DNA from: Haliotis cracherodii
Taxonomy: Eukaryota
Assembly (NCBI RefSeq): GCF_022045235.1
Contig: NW_027266319.1
Span: forward strand, 26,598,001-26,662,000
Direction of reading: 5' to 3'
DNA length: 64,000 nt
Numbering within the stretch: the stretch's first letter is position 1; each line of letters starts with the position of its first letter. Both the position numbers and the translations under genes were made by a program. Positions 1 to 13,391 of the stretch are shown one piece after another. The notes beneath the pieces are model-generated. The model was not told where the DNA came from. It did not search any database and saw only the letters and a program-made list of their open reading frames with translations.

Positions 1-1261
1 CCCAGCCGAATATCGACTATCAAATGGTCGGTCCCTTTGCCAACGCAGCCTCTCGCTTGATAATCTCTCATATTTGATGGTAAATGGCGTATTTTGAGTT
101 TCGTAAACCTAACAAAGGTGGGCTTAGCTTTTACACCTTTTTGTTGAAATCATGCATTGTCTTATGTAAATTGCAAAGTGTGACACATCAATAAAATATG
201 TTTTCCCTCTTTCACTCTGTATTACTGTAATCCTCGACTAGAGGGACATGACTTTGTTTTCTGTCTACACACTCTTCAAGCGGGTTCTCACCGAGGACAG
301 CTTTTAAGGTCGCGCAAGTCAACAGCAGATGATATGACATAAGCCCGAACGAAAACGTATGGAAACAAAACTTTGAACAGGTGGCGCTGTTCCTTGGAAC
401 CATCACCCTCTATAAAGGGTTTCAAGAGCTTCTGCTTCACCCTCATCTAAAGAGCATATGACTGAGCGCTCTTTAGCAAGAGTATGTTTGGATACGATGC
501 GCTGTAAAAAGATCTAATTCATTATCATGCTGCATGCACAAACAGTAAAGATATGATAAGTATTTGAATATTCAATGATGAAACAGTGTCCCAGAGTCGA
601 CTTCTGGGATAGTAGTGAGGGTAAATGAATGAGGAAAGGTATAACAGAAGGAACAGATGAATATAGGTGTAGATAAGAAAACGTTGTCTGAAAGTCTGGC
701 TGGGCATGGTCACAACAATGTACCTGACGCTCTCCTTGTGCACTAACTGTAGCTGCATACTGTTCACTGTGTCACTGTGTGGTCACGTACAACTCTAATG
801 CGAAAGTGCTGAGTTAACGTCAGTTTCCTTAACGAGCCATGACAATGAACGGCGTGTCACCGAAGTCACTCGGATGACATCGGCTTACGTAATTCCACTG
901 GAGTGATCCTGCCGCATAAGTACTTGCAACATGATAGCCGATGTTTTAACAACCGTTTATTACAAACTTAGTAGACATTAGGTCTATGATTTTATTCAAT
1001 GCAAAATTCAAACAGACACGCTTTGTTGATTTATAAAAGGGTCCAGATTGTCGCGAGTGTTGTGTCATCTGAAAGTCGCGTGAACAAAACTATTTCCAAT
1101 ATGGAATCCTCTCAGTGATGACCGAGATAAAATTGTTATGTTGGAGCCGAGTGTCACTTCAGTGTAAATCGAGTTATCTGCCCTTGTGTACTAAACTTCT
1201 GCGTCTTGTTGAAAATGGCATATCAGGTGCAGAGAAAGTAAGTTAATTTTCTTAGCCAAGC

Positions 1262-1689
1262 TCTTCTATGTCCCTCCTATTGACCAATCAGATTCCACCT
1301 CTCATATCTCTTGCATTTGTTGCTTCAAACAACATGGCGTCGCCCAGTGAAAACGAACTGATCGATAATCAAACTCTGTCTTGTGATAAAAGGGGTCCTA
1401 CTTCGCGAAGTGCATCAATCAGGTAGCACCTGGATTAAAAACATGAAAGGTTTGAGAAATAACTGTTGACGCCGAGTTGGCGGTACATATGCTATCGAAA
1501 TCCTGCAATCGAACCGAAATCTGCAGGGCAGTTTACGAACCGGATGTCGATTTCGTTACGCGATTTTGATTGGACTATGCATTGGACTCGTTAAGCCAGT
1601 CAAAAGATATCTCAGTAATTCCAGCCCAGTTCGGCAAGAGTGGATACTGGACTTTTACAGACAGTTAACTCCCTTGCCTCGGAAAGATA
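1262..1689. mobile_element. Partial copy of the MITE family that is complete at 8796-9338
   Basis: Collinear similarity to 8915-9338, ending in the same terminal sequence (cagttaactc...ctcggaaagat); left end missing. Confidence 0.75.
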
Positions 1690-2467
1690 GCTTGTGTATT
1701 GTCAATCTGCTCACACTGTCAACCACGAGTACATCTCCCGACCTGTCTCCCCACACGTACATCTGTTGCCATGACTACGCTAGGCGTTGATGACATTTAT
1801 TCACTCGCTGTCACTGAAAATAATCTCGGAACAAGCCTTCAGAAACAAAGTCATTTGTTGAAAGACTTCCCTGAGAACGCTATACATGGCCAGAAATAAA
1901 AACCGTATTGTCTCTCAAACAACGTCCGCATACACAAGTGCATTGCTTAAAGCGCATACAAGCCTCGCTGACACTGTATCCCTGCTGAAAACACCTGTTC
2001 GTAGTGGAGAGTGCATCATGATTTCCTGGGTGATCGAAAGTCATCCCCGGCAGATGTGGGCACTTTCTTTCGTTCCCGCGATGTGTTGTACGAATCAGGT
2101 AAGATTTACTGCAACCGCAAACTATACTGGGCATGGGTTTTTTCCAAGTAAATTCAAGAGACGGGCGGCACTGATGTATTGTTGCTGTCCGTCCCCGTGA
2201 TGTGTAGCATGTACATGGAGGTTAGGACGTTCGACGGGGCGGTTGGATCTCGTTTGAGAAGAGGATACCTAGAGGGAAGGTAAGTCTCGCATTATACTGA
2301 TGATAATGATGATGATGATTGCTGTTGGTTTGTGATTCCAGCATGGTGCATTTGGTTGATTTAAACAGACATATTGTATTGTCAAAAAGACAAATGGATG
2401 GGATTTCAAGGTGTGGACTTTTCATAGTCTCCGATGTAGACGCGTTTCCTTACAGCAACATTTATTA

Positions 2468-2648
2468 AGGTTCGCCCCGATTATGTTTCCAGGTTTGTCA
2501 GCACCATAGCCGTGCTCGTGAGTTTCACGTACGTGGTAAAATCCTGAGGCCTGCATCACTTTCTGCTTCCGTGCCACATCAAGCTGACACGCCGTGCCAT
2601 AACTGAACCACTGTTCAAAGCGGCGTCTCACTCACTCACTCACTCACT
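2468..2648 (+). mobile_element. 3' part of tRNA-derived SINE family D with (ACTC)n tail
   Basis: Reverse-complement match to 43198-43360 (cacgagcacgg.tatggtgctgaca...ggggcgaacc); ACTC tail. Confidence 0.7.
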
Positions 2649-2859
2649 GTGAGTTAAGATCTGGGTCCGTTCTACAAAACGACCTTAGCGTCTTTTTACT
2701 TTGGGCGAGAGGCCGATCACATGACCAAGAAACTGATGTCGTTAGCGCATGAACGAGCGTGTTGACGTCTATCGGTTTAACGGGACTGGTTGATAAATGA
2801 CATAAATACACTTTAATCTGGCATTCATTTGTGATTTGTGTTTTGATTTTGACCTATAT

Positions 2860-3650
2860 TATCACATTAGATCACTTCTCATCACATGCTGTCACATGGG
2901 AACCGCTTCTGATCACAAATTACCACATAAGATCACTCCTTATCACTTTTGATCACGTCATCACATAGGATCTCTTTTATCACATAGGATCACATCCGAT
3001 CCAGTAAGTTCGCATGTTTTTGTTTGTTTGTTTGTTTAACGCTACACAATAATCTAGCTATATGACGGCGGTCTGTAAATAATCGAGTCTGGACCAGACT
3101 ATCCAGTGATTGGCATCATGAACATCGATCAACCAAGTCAGCGAGCCTGACTATCTGATCCCGTTAGTCGTCATTTACGGTAATCATGGGATGCTGAAGA
3201 CCTATTCTACCCCGGATCTTCACGCGTCGGTTCGCATGTCATCACCTAAGATCACAAATCTCCAAAGATAACATATTATCTCCTAAAACCACTTATGATC
3301 GCATATTACATGTCTCCTAAAATCACATATATCCTGAGATCACATATGATTACACATCTCCTAAAATCACATATAATCTGATATCATCTCCTGAGATCCC
3401 ATGTGATCCCATATTATCCCATATGATCCCATATGATCATATATAATCTCATATAATATATATATATATATGATCCCATATCTCCTAATATCACATATCA
3501 TCACAAATCATCACATCTCCTAAGATAACATATGATCTCTTGAGATCACATATGATCGCATTTGATCCCATATCTCCTAATATCCCATATCATCTCCTTA
3601 TATCCCATATCATCACATATCTCCAAAAATCACATATGATCTCATATCAT
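2860..3650. repeat. Degenerate satellite of ~10-bp TCAC-anchored subunits (same family as 44310-45140), interrupted by a SINE
   Basis: Recurrent gatcacat / atcacatagga / tctcctaa motifs. Confidence 0.75.
3018..3228 (-). mobile_element. SINE family B, full length with target-site duplication (TSD)
   Basis: (AAAC)n tail; TSD gttcgcatgt at 3008-3017 and 3230-3239; shared body with 13118, 51683 and 52828 copies. Confidence 0.85.
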
Positions 3651-4650
3651 ATTCAAGTGTGAGAACGCGTGGAATAGCGACTGTTGTAAATGCTGTTACA
3701 CTTTGCTGGCTAAAGAAGTTAACATGTACATTCCAAAATGATCTTTTTTGAAACGGGGCTTCCGTCAATACCGCTATTTTTCCGCTGTATTTTCGTATAT
3801 AGTGTGTACTGTATCAAAGGAAATATTGTTGACATTTCAATTAATCAGAGGTGACAGTTAATTATTATTATGTTCATTAAATAAGGAATATAGTTCCAGG
3901 CTCCTGCTTCTATTTTATTAGCAACAATTAAGTCATTTATCTCCCGCTGAAGGCGCCGTGTTTGCCATGTCCAGCAGCTAGAACAAGTTGACGAGAAACC
4001 GGAAGTAGAAACACCTGTTGACCTTCACGATGTTTGTAAATTACACTTGAATGATTGAGTTGCATCCTTCGAATTTCATTGACGAATGTGGAGGAAAACG
4101 TATGACAGCATATACTCAACTCTTACTTCCAATTTAGTGGATGGGATAACATGAGTGGGATCAAAGGAGTAAGTAATGTATGCAAGTGTTGTTACTGTAA
4201 ATCCTCTACTGTAAATCCTCCACCTACTATATATATTCTGTACAATGTCCCTCGTGTCTCCCGTGTGCGAAATACGCTACAGTCGGAAAGCGCACGTTAA
4301 ATCTCCTATATCAGTCAGTCAGTCCCTCATTCGGTCCTGCTTGACAACGGAATAAGGATCTTTACCGTAACGTCGCTTTTTACAGTATTAAAGACGTTTT
4401 TATCCATAAATGTCTACTTTGCTTCATAAATATATTATTGTGCCCTCAAAGGTAGCCTCGGAATTTCGTTTTTATCAGATTTACACTCGCCCTCGGAGTT
4501 AAATCCTTCTTGAACAAGACACAAATATGTACAATGTTTACATTTTCTGTCAGTTTACAACCCAGGCTGCCTACATGCGGGTTTTACGCCCACCTCACAA
4601 CAGCACGTTTGAACTCAGTCACCTGCCCAGGCTGACACCACCCGTTTTGA

Positions 4651-5555
4651 CACTTGTGTTTCTCGGTGTACGTACCTATTCGTGTTTCCACCATCTGTCC
4701 ATCTACCAACGAACGAGTGGGTTCTTTTCACTGCACAGGGTGAATGTACTGTTCACATAGCAACACGGTGGCTGGACAGCACTTGTGTTTCTCGGTGTAC
4801 GTACATATTCGTGTTTCCACCATCTGTCCATCTACCAACGAACGAGTGGGTTCTTTTCACTGCACAGGCTGAATGTACTGTTCACATAGCAACACGGTGG
4901 CTGGACAGCACTTGTGTTTCTCGGTGTACGTACATATTCGTGTTTCCACCATCTGTCCATCTACCAACGAACGAGTGGGTTCTTTTCACTGCACAGGGTG
5001 AATGTACTGTTCACATAGCAACACGGTGGCTGGACAGCACTTGTGTTTCTCGGTGTACGTACATATTCGTGTTTCCACCATCTGTCCATCTACCAACGAA
5101 CGAGTGGTTTTTTTTCACTGCACAGGGTGAATGTACTGTTCACATAGCAACACGGTGGCTGGACAGCACTTGTGTTTCTCGGTGTACGTACATATTCGTG
5201 TTTCCACCATCTGTCCATCTACCAACGAACGAGTGGGTTCTTTTCACTGCACAGGCTGAATGTACTGTTCACATAGCAACACGGTGGCTGGACAGCACTT
5301 GTGTTTCTCGGTGTACGTACATATTCGTGTTTCCACCATCTGTCCATCTACCAACGAACGAGTGGGTTCTTTTCACTGCACAGGGTGAATGTACTGTTCA
5401 CATAGCAACACGGTGGCTGGACAGCACTTGTGTTTCTCGGTGTACATACATATTCGTGTTTCCACCATCTGTCCATCTACCAACGAACGAGTGGGTTCTT
5501 TTCACTGCACAGGGTGAATGTACTGTTCACATAACAACACGGTGGCTGGACAGCA
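4651..5555. repeat. 129-bp tandem repeat, 7 nearly identical copies
   Basis: 43-aa periodicity in ORF 4682-5587; units differ by 0-2 nt. Confidence 0.95.
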
Positions 5556-5855
5556 TGCGAATTATTAAACCTCAATTTTTTGTTTAAATTTATAAATCTA
5601 AAAGTCTTTTAAATGAGACATAACGTCTGTCCTGAGCCTACTCAAATAGCATTACTGTGTAAAATTACGATGACAAACTGGGGAGGTTTGAGTGGAGATC
5701 CATGTCTTCTGAAGCATTCGCCACATTTGATTCATCTGGGTACACCCAAAAGACAATATATGTTATGGATGACAACTTCTTTATTCTACTATGATGCGAC
5801 GTTTCGGTATTGACCCTTGCACCGTTGTCAAACCAGGGGCGTCTACTACAGCCGA

Positions 5856-6020
5856 GGTGCGGTCGGGTAGCCTAGTGGTTAAAGCGTTCGCTCGTCACGC
5901 CGAAGACCCGGGTTCGATTCCCGACATGGGTACAATGTGTGAAACCCATTTCTGGTGTCCCCCGCCGTGATATTGCTGGAATATTGCTAAAAGCGGCGTA
6001 AAACCATACTCACTCACTCA
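5856..6020 (+). mobile_element. tRNA-derived SINE family A, full length
   Basis: A box (tagcctagtgg), B box (ggttcgattcc), (ACTC)n tail, TSD ctactacagccga(gg) at 5843 and 6021. Confidence 0.92.
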
Positions 6021-6116
6021 CTACTACAGCCGAGGAAGGCGGTCATGGCCCGGATTTAAATCCCGATACATGTTGACTTGTATGGACCACGACGCCATCA
6101 GCACTGTTCAATCTTA

Positions 6117-6117
<1 letters not shown>

Positions 6118-6185
<68 letters not shown>
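6118..6185. repeat. (GT)n microsatellite
   Basis: Directly visible. Confidence 0.98.
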
Positions 6186-6186
<1 letters not shown>

Positions 6187-7379
6187 AACATACAAGGTTC
6201 GTCTGCAAGACAACGCCTTCATGGTCTTTTGGCTCTCTCCCTCTGCTCTGCGGTTAGTCGAGACACGTTCGTTGTTTTAAACGGTTTCGTGTGATAAGAG
6301 AGTACAATCCTGCTCATGTTTTATACCAGAATTTAAAAAGCGGAACTTTGTGCACATTTTGCAATGTGTAGTGATTAAATTCACTTTTCTCGCAAATCAC
6401 TTGAAGCACGTGCACATGTTCACAGGGAATAGGTAAGTTCCAGCTATGTGTTACCGACTGTTTTCGTGCTGTTTAGCAAATTTGTTGAAAACTGACGACC
6501 ATTGTTTATTTGGTTGCGTTTCTTTTGCCCCTCAGTTTATCAGCAACAAAAAATGTTAAGCTCAGTAAATCATTGCTATATATTTGAAAAGAAATCTGCT
6601 TGTTTATATGTTTAAAAAATATTGTAATGAGATTGTATAACATTTGTCCCAGCTGTTCATGTGCAAAAGTTTCATCTTATGTGTAGGGAATTGGATACCG
6701 AATAAGCCTGTCTTCTACCGTTGTCAGGCTAGAGTGAAGTAAAGGCCCTGTCATACTACAACGTTTCAGAGTAGCTTGCACCTACCGTGCAAAAAAAAGT
6801 TAGTACGCTGTCATACGTCGAGATTTCATCGAAAAAACAGGATTTTGGCGTATCCATAGCGTATAAATAACGACATCCCCGTATATGTAACGCATGTCTA
6901 ACGTATTAGTTGCATATCACTGACTTATACATAAATTATGACAGCGTATAAAAGCGTATTATCAGCGTGTGTCTGGCGTGTTCAACGAGCGCTTCAGACA
7001 ACGTCTATTTGGCAAGCGGGGTGTAGTATAGGTGAGGTGAAATGGGGTTTAACGTCGCGTCCAAGATTATTGTACTTATATAGCGACGTGCATATTGTTG
7101 ATTTATATGGTGATAACAGAAAGAAGCCAACTGTACATGTCGGGGTACGAATATAGTGTTGATAGGATTAATTACAGATGATTATAGCTGCAATGTTCTA
7201 TTGTTTTATGTTTCATTGTAGGCAGATGGGACGATGTATCTTTGATCTCTGTTGATTGAGGGCTTGTGTCGGTGGAATTGAACTGCTTCTGCTAGTTATC
7301 TTAACTGTTACTTACCAACTTTAAAAAATGCCAATCAAACATCGGTTTTCGCAAATCACCTCGCTCATGCACATATTGA

Positions 7380-7755
7380 AATTGTCAAACTCGTTTGAAA
7401 AAAATGTGATCACAGATCATTCTCATCAGATGTGGCACGTATCCCCCAAAAGTAGTTATATGATCGATGTATGGAGCTCGAATCTCACTCTAGATTCGGT
7501 AAAGAACACAGCGCCTCTTGTTTAATAGTTGACTCCCCATTATGTCGAACAATATTCTTGCAGTTCCAGCACTAGGTGTCTACATTTCACAACTTCTCAA
7601 GTAAAATCAAGCATGCTCTTTCAACCATGATTTCAAGGAACGTCATACGACTCTTGTCCAGAAGCTGTTTGATAAAGGCCACAACATCCAAGGCCTCAGT
7701 AAAGTTTCAAAACGTTTTATGGTAGATATGTGGAGAACCTTCCAAATTTGACATC
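7380..7755 (+). mobile_element. Degraded Penelope-like retroelement RT C-terminal fragment (mirror copy at ~35595-35970, - strand)
   Basis: Frameshifted translation VYISQLLK*NQACS...HDFKERHTTLVQKLFDKG...FKTFYGRY resembles the GVYISQLIRYARACS...KLLKQGY motif of Penelope-like elements. Confidence 0.55.
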
Positions 7756-8795
7756 AGTGACAAGAATGATGTCCGATGCAATTCCCTAATTTGACTTGTA
7801 CCAAAAGTTCCCCTGGTTTTTCAGGTGAACAATTGACTTGCCGTTGCATGTGTTTGTGACGGGTGCCACAGGTGGGGCAGGATACGCTCACCTTCTCGCC
7901 ATCACATGGTATCATCACTGTTTGATAGTGATTCATAAACACATGCTAATGGTACAGTCGGAATCGTACAGTCGACTCTGCTTTTGGCAGAGATTTCTTA
8001 TGAATATGGAAAAGGTCACTTTTGTTTTATTGTCTAACGCCGCACTCGGCAACATTCCAGACATATGACGACAGTCTGTTAATAATCCAGTGATTGATGT
8101 TGTGAGGAACGATCCACGCCGCCCTGGGGTCCAAGTCTTACCTGGAATCTTCACGCGGAAAAATATTTTCAGGCCAAACATTGTCACGTAGAACCCAATA
8201 TTAGGTTGTTGTTGTTTAACGCCGCACTCCAATATTCCAACTATACTGAATCGCAAAAGAAACGTCACCCCAAGTAACATTGCATGAAAAGTTGTCATTT
8301 AAATATCTCGGTAATTTTTGTCAAAGTTTAACATTACCTTGTCCGGAAAAATGAAATTTGATGATAAAAAAACAAAGCAGATGACAATAAAACCGATAGC
8401 CCAAACGCATCACGGCAACGGCCATGGTAACCTCCGTGCAAATTGAAATACACATGCGTTCCCCCATTTCTTGCCCTATAAAAATCCACCCAGATCGGAT
8501 AACATTCATTCGTTATTGAATTGCTACTCCATGCCAAGATTGACAAGAAATCAGCGACAACGAAACGAAGTTTTTAAAAGTAATTAATAATGTACAGATG
8601 GTTTCATTAAATTCAACATTGCATAAATATTCAAATCTCTGTCAGTATGATTCAAAATGTTTGTTTATTGTTCAGGGCGCCTTCTACATTTTCAAAGGCG
8701 TGGTTTACTTTCGGGTCAGGGATTTTCTACGTGTTGTGTTTCTCGCGGCCAGACCCCTCGCATCGCCGGCAGCACATGCACAGCAGGATGATGAA

Positions 8796-9338
8796 CATCT
8801 TCCCGAGGCAAGAGAGTTAACTGACTTTAAAAGTCCAGTTTCCACCCTTGCCGAACTAGGCTGGAATTCCTGGGCTCGATCGTAGCGCCACCAGTGGCTA
8901 TTGCGAGTGATGTCCTTTCTATGCCTCTCCGATTGACCAATCAGATTCAACCTCTCGTATCACATGCATTTGCTTCAAACAAAACGGTGGCGCCCAGTCG
9001 AGACGATCTGATTGATAATCAAGATCTATATTGTGATAAAACGAGTCTTACATCGCGAAGTGCATCAAATCACGTGAGCACCTTGACTAAATGCATGAAA
9101 AGATTTAGAAAATATCTGTTGACAACGGGTTAGCGGTGCACATGTTTTGCAAATCCTGCAGTCGACCGAAATCTGCATGACACTTTACGAACCGGATTTC
9201 GATTTCAGTGCGCGATTTTGATTGGACTATGCATAGACTCGTTAGTCCAGCCAAAGTGTAACTCCATAATACCAGCCTGGTTCGGCAAGGGTGGAAACTG
9301 GACCTTAATAGTCAGTTAACTCTTGTCTCGGGAAGATG
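8796..9338. mobile_element. 543-bp MITE with terminal inverted repeats (TIRs) and a 9-bp TSD (Mutator-like by TSD length)
   Basis: Ends CATCTTCCCGAG / CTCGGGAAGATG with ~70-bp imperfect TIRs; TSD gatga(t/g)gaa at 8787-8795 and 9339-9347; empty site in the intact gene near 33570. Confidence 0.9.
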
Positions 9339-9384
9339 GATGAGGAACTGCAGGGCGCACATCCCGATCAGGCAGCCGACCATA

Positions 9385-10290
9385 GTCCAGAACACGTCAT
9401 GCCGTACCACTGAAACACAGAACACGTCATGCCGTACCACTGAAACACAGAACACGTCACACTAGTACACAACTGACACACAGAACACGTCATACTGATT
9501 CACCGCTGAAACACAGAAAACGTCATACTGATACACCACTGAAACACAGAACACGTCACACTGGTGCACTACTGAAACACAGAACACGTCACACTAGTAC
9601 ACAACTGACACACAGAACACGTCATACTGATTCACCGCTGAAACATAGAACACGTCATACTGATACACCACTGAAACACAGAACACGTCATACTGATTCA
9701 CCGCTGAAACATATAACACGTCACACTGATGCGCTACTGCAACACAGAACACGTCATACTCATTCACCGCTGAAACACAGAACACGTCATACTGATACAC
9801 CACTGAAATACAGAACACGTCATACTGATACACCACTAAAACACAGAACACGTCATCCTAATACACCACTGAAACACAGAACACGTCATACTGATACACC
9901 ACTGAAACACAGAACACGCCATACTGATACACCACTGAAACACAGAACACGCCATACTGATACACCACTGACACACAGAACACGCCATACTGATACACCA
10001 CTTAAACACAGGACACGTCATACTGATACACCACTTAAACACAGAACACGTCATACTGATACGCCACTGAAACACAGGACACGTCATACTGATACACCAC
10101 TGAAACACAGAACACGTCATACTGATACACCACTGGAACACAGAACACGTCATACTGATACACCACTGAAACACAGAACACGTCATACTGATACATCACT
10201 GAAACACAGAACACGTCATACTGATACACAACTGAAATACAGAACACGCCATGCTGATGCCCACTTTAAATCATAACACGCCATGCTGGT
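9385..10290 (-). repeat. 33-bp minisatellite (~27 units), pseudogene copy of the intron 2 array
   Basis: Unit ctgaaacacagaacacgtcatactgatacacca is the reverse complement of the 31640-33525 unit. Confidence 0.95.
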
Positions 10291-10732
10291 TCCCCACTGA
10301 ATCTATCCCTGAATAATACGTAAAGGTTTGCTTCGCATACCAGAGCAGTACCGAAGGTCAAATTCGAGTTTAATAACAGCATATTTCAGAATTCGGGACA
10401 ATAATAAAGAATGTTCTCAAAAACTTTAAAAAATGAGTTTGTGCTTAGACACTGTGGAAGTTTGGACTTAAGGCAACATCAGGGCAAGAACTTCTTAGTC
10501 TTATGTTAAAAGTGAGCTGATTCATCTGGTAGGGACGTGATCTGAACTTACTTAGGTTGGATTTTGTCTTGTCTGCTTCATTGTTTTTGTCTGATCCACC
10601 TGTCTTTGGCTCATATATCACTTCCGGACCAAATCCCGAGCATCGAGGCCAGTTCTTTGGCTGAGCAGGGTGTTTGTTCTGAGCCTCGTTGATCATCATC
10701 GCCATCCCGTCAGCGTTGTGCATCTCAATGTG

Positions 10733-11580
10733 AAAACGTTAGCATCTATCAATAAACAGTTAAAGGACAAATAAAGTGCGTTTTACGTTCCCATCTGTAA
10801 CAAGATCTAATTTTCATTTCACTTGTGGTGATATCACATTGTAATATCTAAAAATACCAAGGATTGTGATTAAATGAGACATGGAAAAACTGTAATAAAG
10901 AACTTTGCAAATCAGCCAGCCAGACACGACAGGAGGAATGTCTTTTCAAGTTTTTAGCAATTTGTATGAAACACTGGTTGAAACTGCAATGTTTTCTTGA
11001 GCAGCAATGTGGAATGTATACAAATACAAAGCGATTAATACCCTGCAACACTAGGCATGCCATTTTGTTCCTTGGAGTCAGGAAAATACCTCTCATCTCG
11101 TTGTTAATGGCGGCATAGGGCTCAACTCATCTTTTGTAAATATGCACAGAGGCGTTTTCATTTTTTGTTTGTCTAATTCGAACACCAACAGCATATGATA
11201 GAATATGTTGTAAACAATTTATCTGGTCCCAAAAATATAATAATATCTTGTTTTTTTAAGGTGAAATAACTGGTCAATTTATATGTTGTTAATCATATTA
11301 TACAATCTACTTTTTCAAAAAGAAAGAATACTGACTTAATCCAAGAATGTATTATTAACAAATATGACGATAACTGGAGAAAAGATTTATGGGATGATTC
11401 TAATAATATCAATGGCAACGAGTTAGGGATTTGTCCACATTGTTTTAGTATCTATAATGTTCGCACTGTTGAAGATGAGAGGCACTTTTTAATGTCATGT
11501 CCTTTTTGTTCTGACTTAAAAGATGAACTTATCCACGGAATTATGTATCTAACATTTAACGACTGTTGAAAAAATTATTC
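10733..11580 (+). mobile_element. Degraded LINE ORF2 3' fragment (RTE-X-like)
   Basis: ICPHC...TVEDERHFLMSCPFCSDL C-terminal Cys/His motif; mirror of 24990-25836. Confidence 0.7.
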
Positions 11581-12971
11581 AACGTACATGCGACAATAAA
11601 TCGTCGTTAAAAATATAAGCGTAAGAGTTGTGTTGTTATATTCTTGAAAACACCCACTTTTATGGAACACTGAACCAGGGGCTCGTTACACAAAGTGATC
11701 TTAGCGCTACGAATATCATAACTCCCATATTTAATCATTAAGCGCTAATATAGCATTGGAGGAACTCGCGGAACACTCGCGGAACACTCGTCAATGTGTC
11801 CTCGGCTGCATCAACAATCTCATTAAAAGGTGATATTTATCTTTGATACGATAACTGCCTGCAGGAAGATATTACAAACCTTTTAACCCGACTTCATGTC
11901 GCTTCCACCTTGATTTGTAAATTTCGATTTTAACAAAACTACACCTATCACAAATATTACATCGGTTGTCCTCCCTTTTAGGTTTATGTCATCGCTATAT
12001 AACGTATCCCCCCCAAATATATCGTTGTCTTTCTTATTTTTATTCGGAACTGGTCGTTTATATTCGTTCTTGAGATACAAACAACAGATCTGCTCTGAAT
12101 GCTTCACTCTCGCTCGAACTGATAATTTTGAAGAATCGTCCCTGATTCACTGAAACTTTACCTGTCACACCTACGGTTGGTTTGTTATATTTTCACACTG
12201 AGAGAAAAAGATCTGATTTAAACGAGACTGCCTTCAGTGCAATTGTTGAGAGCGGGTGAACATTTACTCCTTCATTTAATAGCAGTATTCCAAACATAAC
12301 ATGGCGGGAACACTTGAAATGTTCTTCACACAGTGTACCCATGAGTGGAATCAAACCTGGTTACCAAGCTGTCGCACTAACCACTAGGCCAACCTACTGT
12401 CACAAGGATCTCCTAATATCATTGTTAACGTCATAATTCCCGTTTGCGCAATAGAGACTTTCAGTAAGGTTTGCTTCCATTGCTTTATGTGAGGTCAGCT
12501 TATACCCCCGCTCACTTACCCAAGCATCGGCCGCGAGTCAACTACCCGCAGTTTACAACAGTTCTACTGGGTGGAAAACATATTACATGGACTAGTATTG
12601 AGGTTGTACACAGATGGAATAAAACACCGACGCTCCCATGGTTTTACGACATGCGTGATATGTAATATCCACATGGGTTGAATATAAAGTTGTGTCACAG
12701 CGGACCAAACATACTCTGTCGCTCTACTTTAGTCCAATGTACACTACTCCGTGTTTTGAGGCGTGTGATGCGTGTTCTAAATGCTTAAATAAACAGATAC
12801 ACAATCGCCGTGTACGCCTGTTGACATAGCCCCTATTAACTGGGCTGTCAGAATGCAGGGCCCCGACAACGTCATTCACAGCCGAAGTACAACCTTGAAC
12901 TTGACAAACGTTCAAAGTCACTGGCGCATTCTGGGTCACCGCGCGTCACGTTCTCAACGTGTTCTGTAAGC

Positions 12972-13112
12972 CTTGTGGTTAATGTGTTCGCTCGTCACGC
13001 CGAATGACTGGATTCCATTCTCCACATGCGTACACTATGTGAAGCCCATTCAGGTGTCCCCGTCATGATATGGAGTATTGTTAAAAGCCGCATAAAATCA
13101 TACTCACTCACT
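12972..13112 (+). mobile_element. SINE family A, diverged
   Basis: tRNA-like head, same body as 5856-6020, ACTC tail. Confidence 0.8.
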
Positions 13113-13117
13113 TTACA

Positions 13118-13391
13118 TGTTTGTTTATTTGTTGTTTAACGCCGCACTCAGCAATATTCCAGCTATATGACGGCGGTCTGGAAATAGCCGAGTCTGGTCC
13201 AGACAATCTAGAGATTGATATCATGATATCGATCTACGCAATTGGGATACATTGTATGATTGACATGCATCAACCAAATCAGCGAGTCTGACCACCCGAT
13301 CCCGTTAGTCGCCTCGTACGACAAGTATGGTCGTTTTTACGTCAAGCATGGGTTGTTGAAGATCTATTCTACCCCGGATCTTCACGGGTCT
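13118..13391 (-). mobile_element. SINE family B
   Basis: Same body and same 5' start (gacccgtgaagatccgggg) as other B copies. Confidence 0.85.

Larger units (their letters stand above)
8652..10732 (-). pseudogene. Inverted 5'-truncated multicopper oxidase pseudogene (end of exon 2, intron 2 with 33-bp array, transmembrane exon)
   Basis: ORF 10445-10723 differs from the end of ORF 29368-31452 by 3 aa; transmembrane exon split by a MITE and carries a TAG at 8729-8727; everything upstream of HIEMH deleted. Confidence 0.93.

Noticed and set aside
2422-2631. ASGFYH as a BIR-domain motif supporting an IAP gene
   Set aside because: This stretch is the 3' part of SINE family D
4682-5587. 301-aa repeat ORF, or a CRISPR-like array
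   Set aside because: Contiguous 129-bp tandem units with no unique spacers, no ATG start and no cas genes; eukaryotic context
5856-5930. tRNA genes here and at 36335, 43350-43460, 55980-56051 and 60513
   Set aside because: tRNA-like heads continue into SINE bodies with simple-repeat tails, several with TSDs
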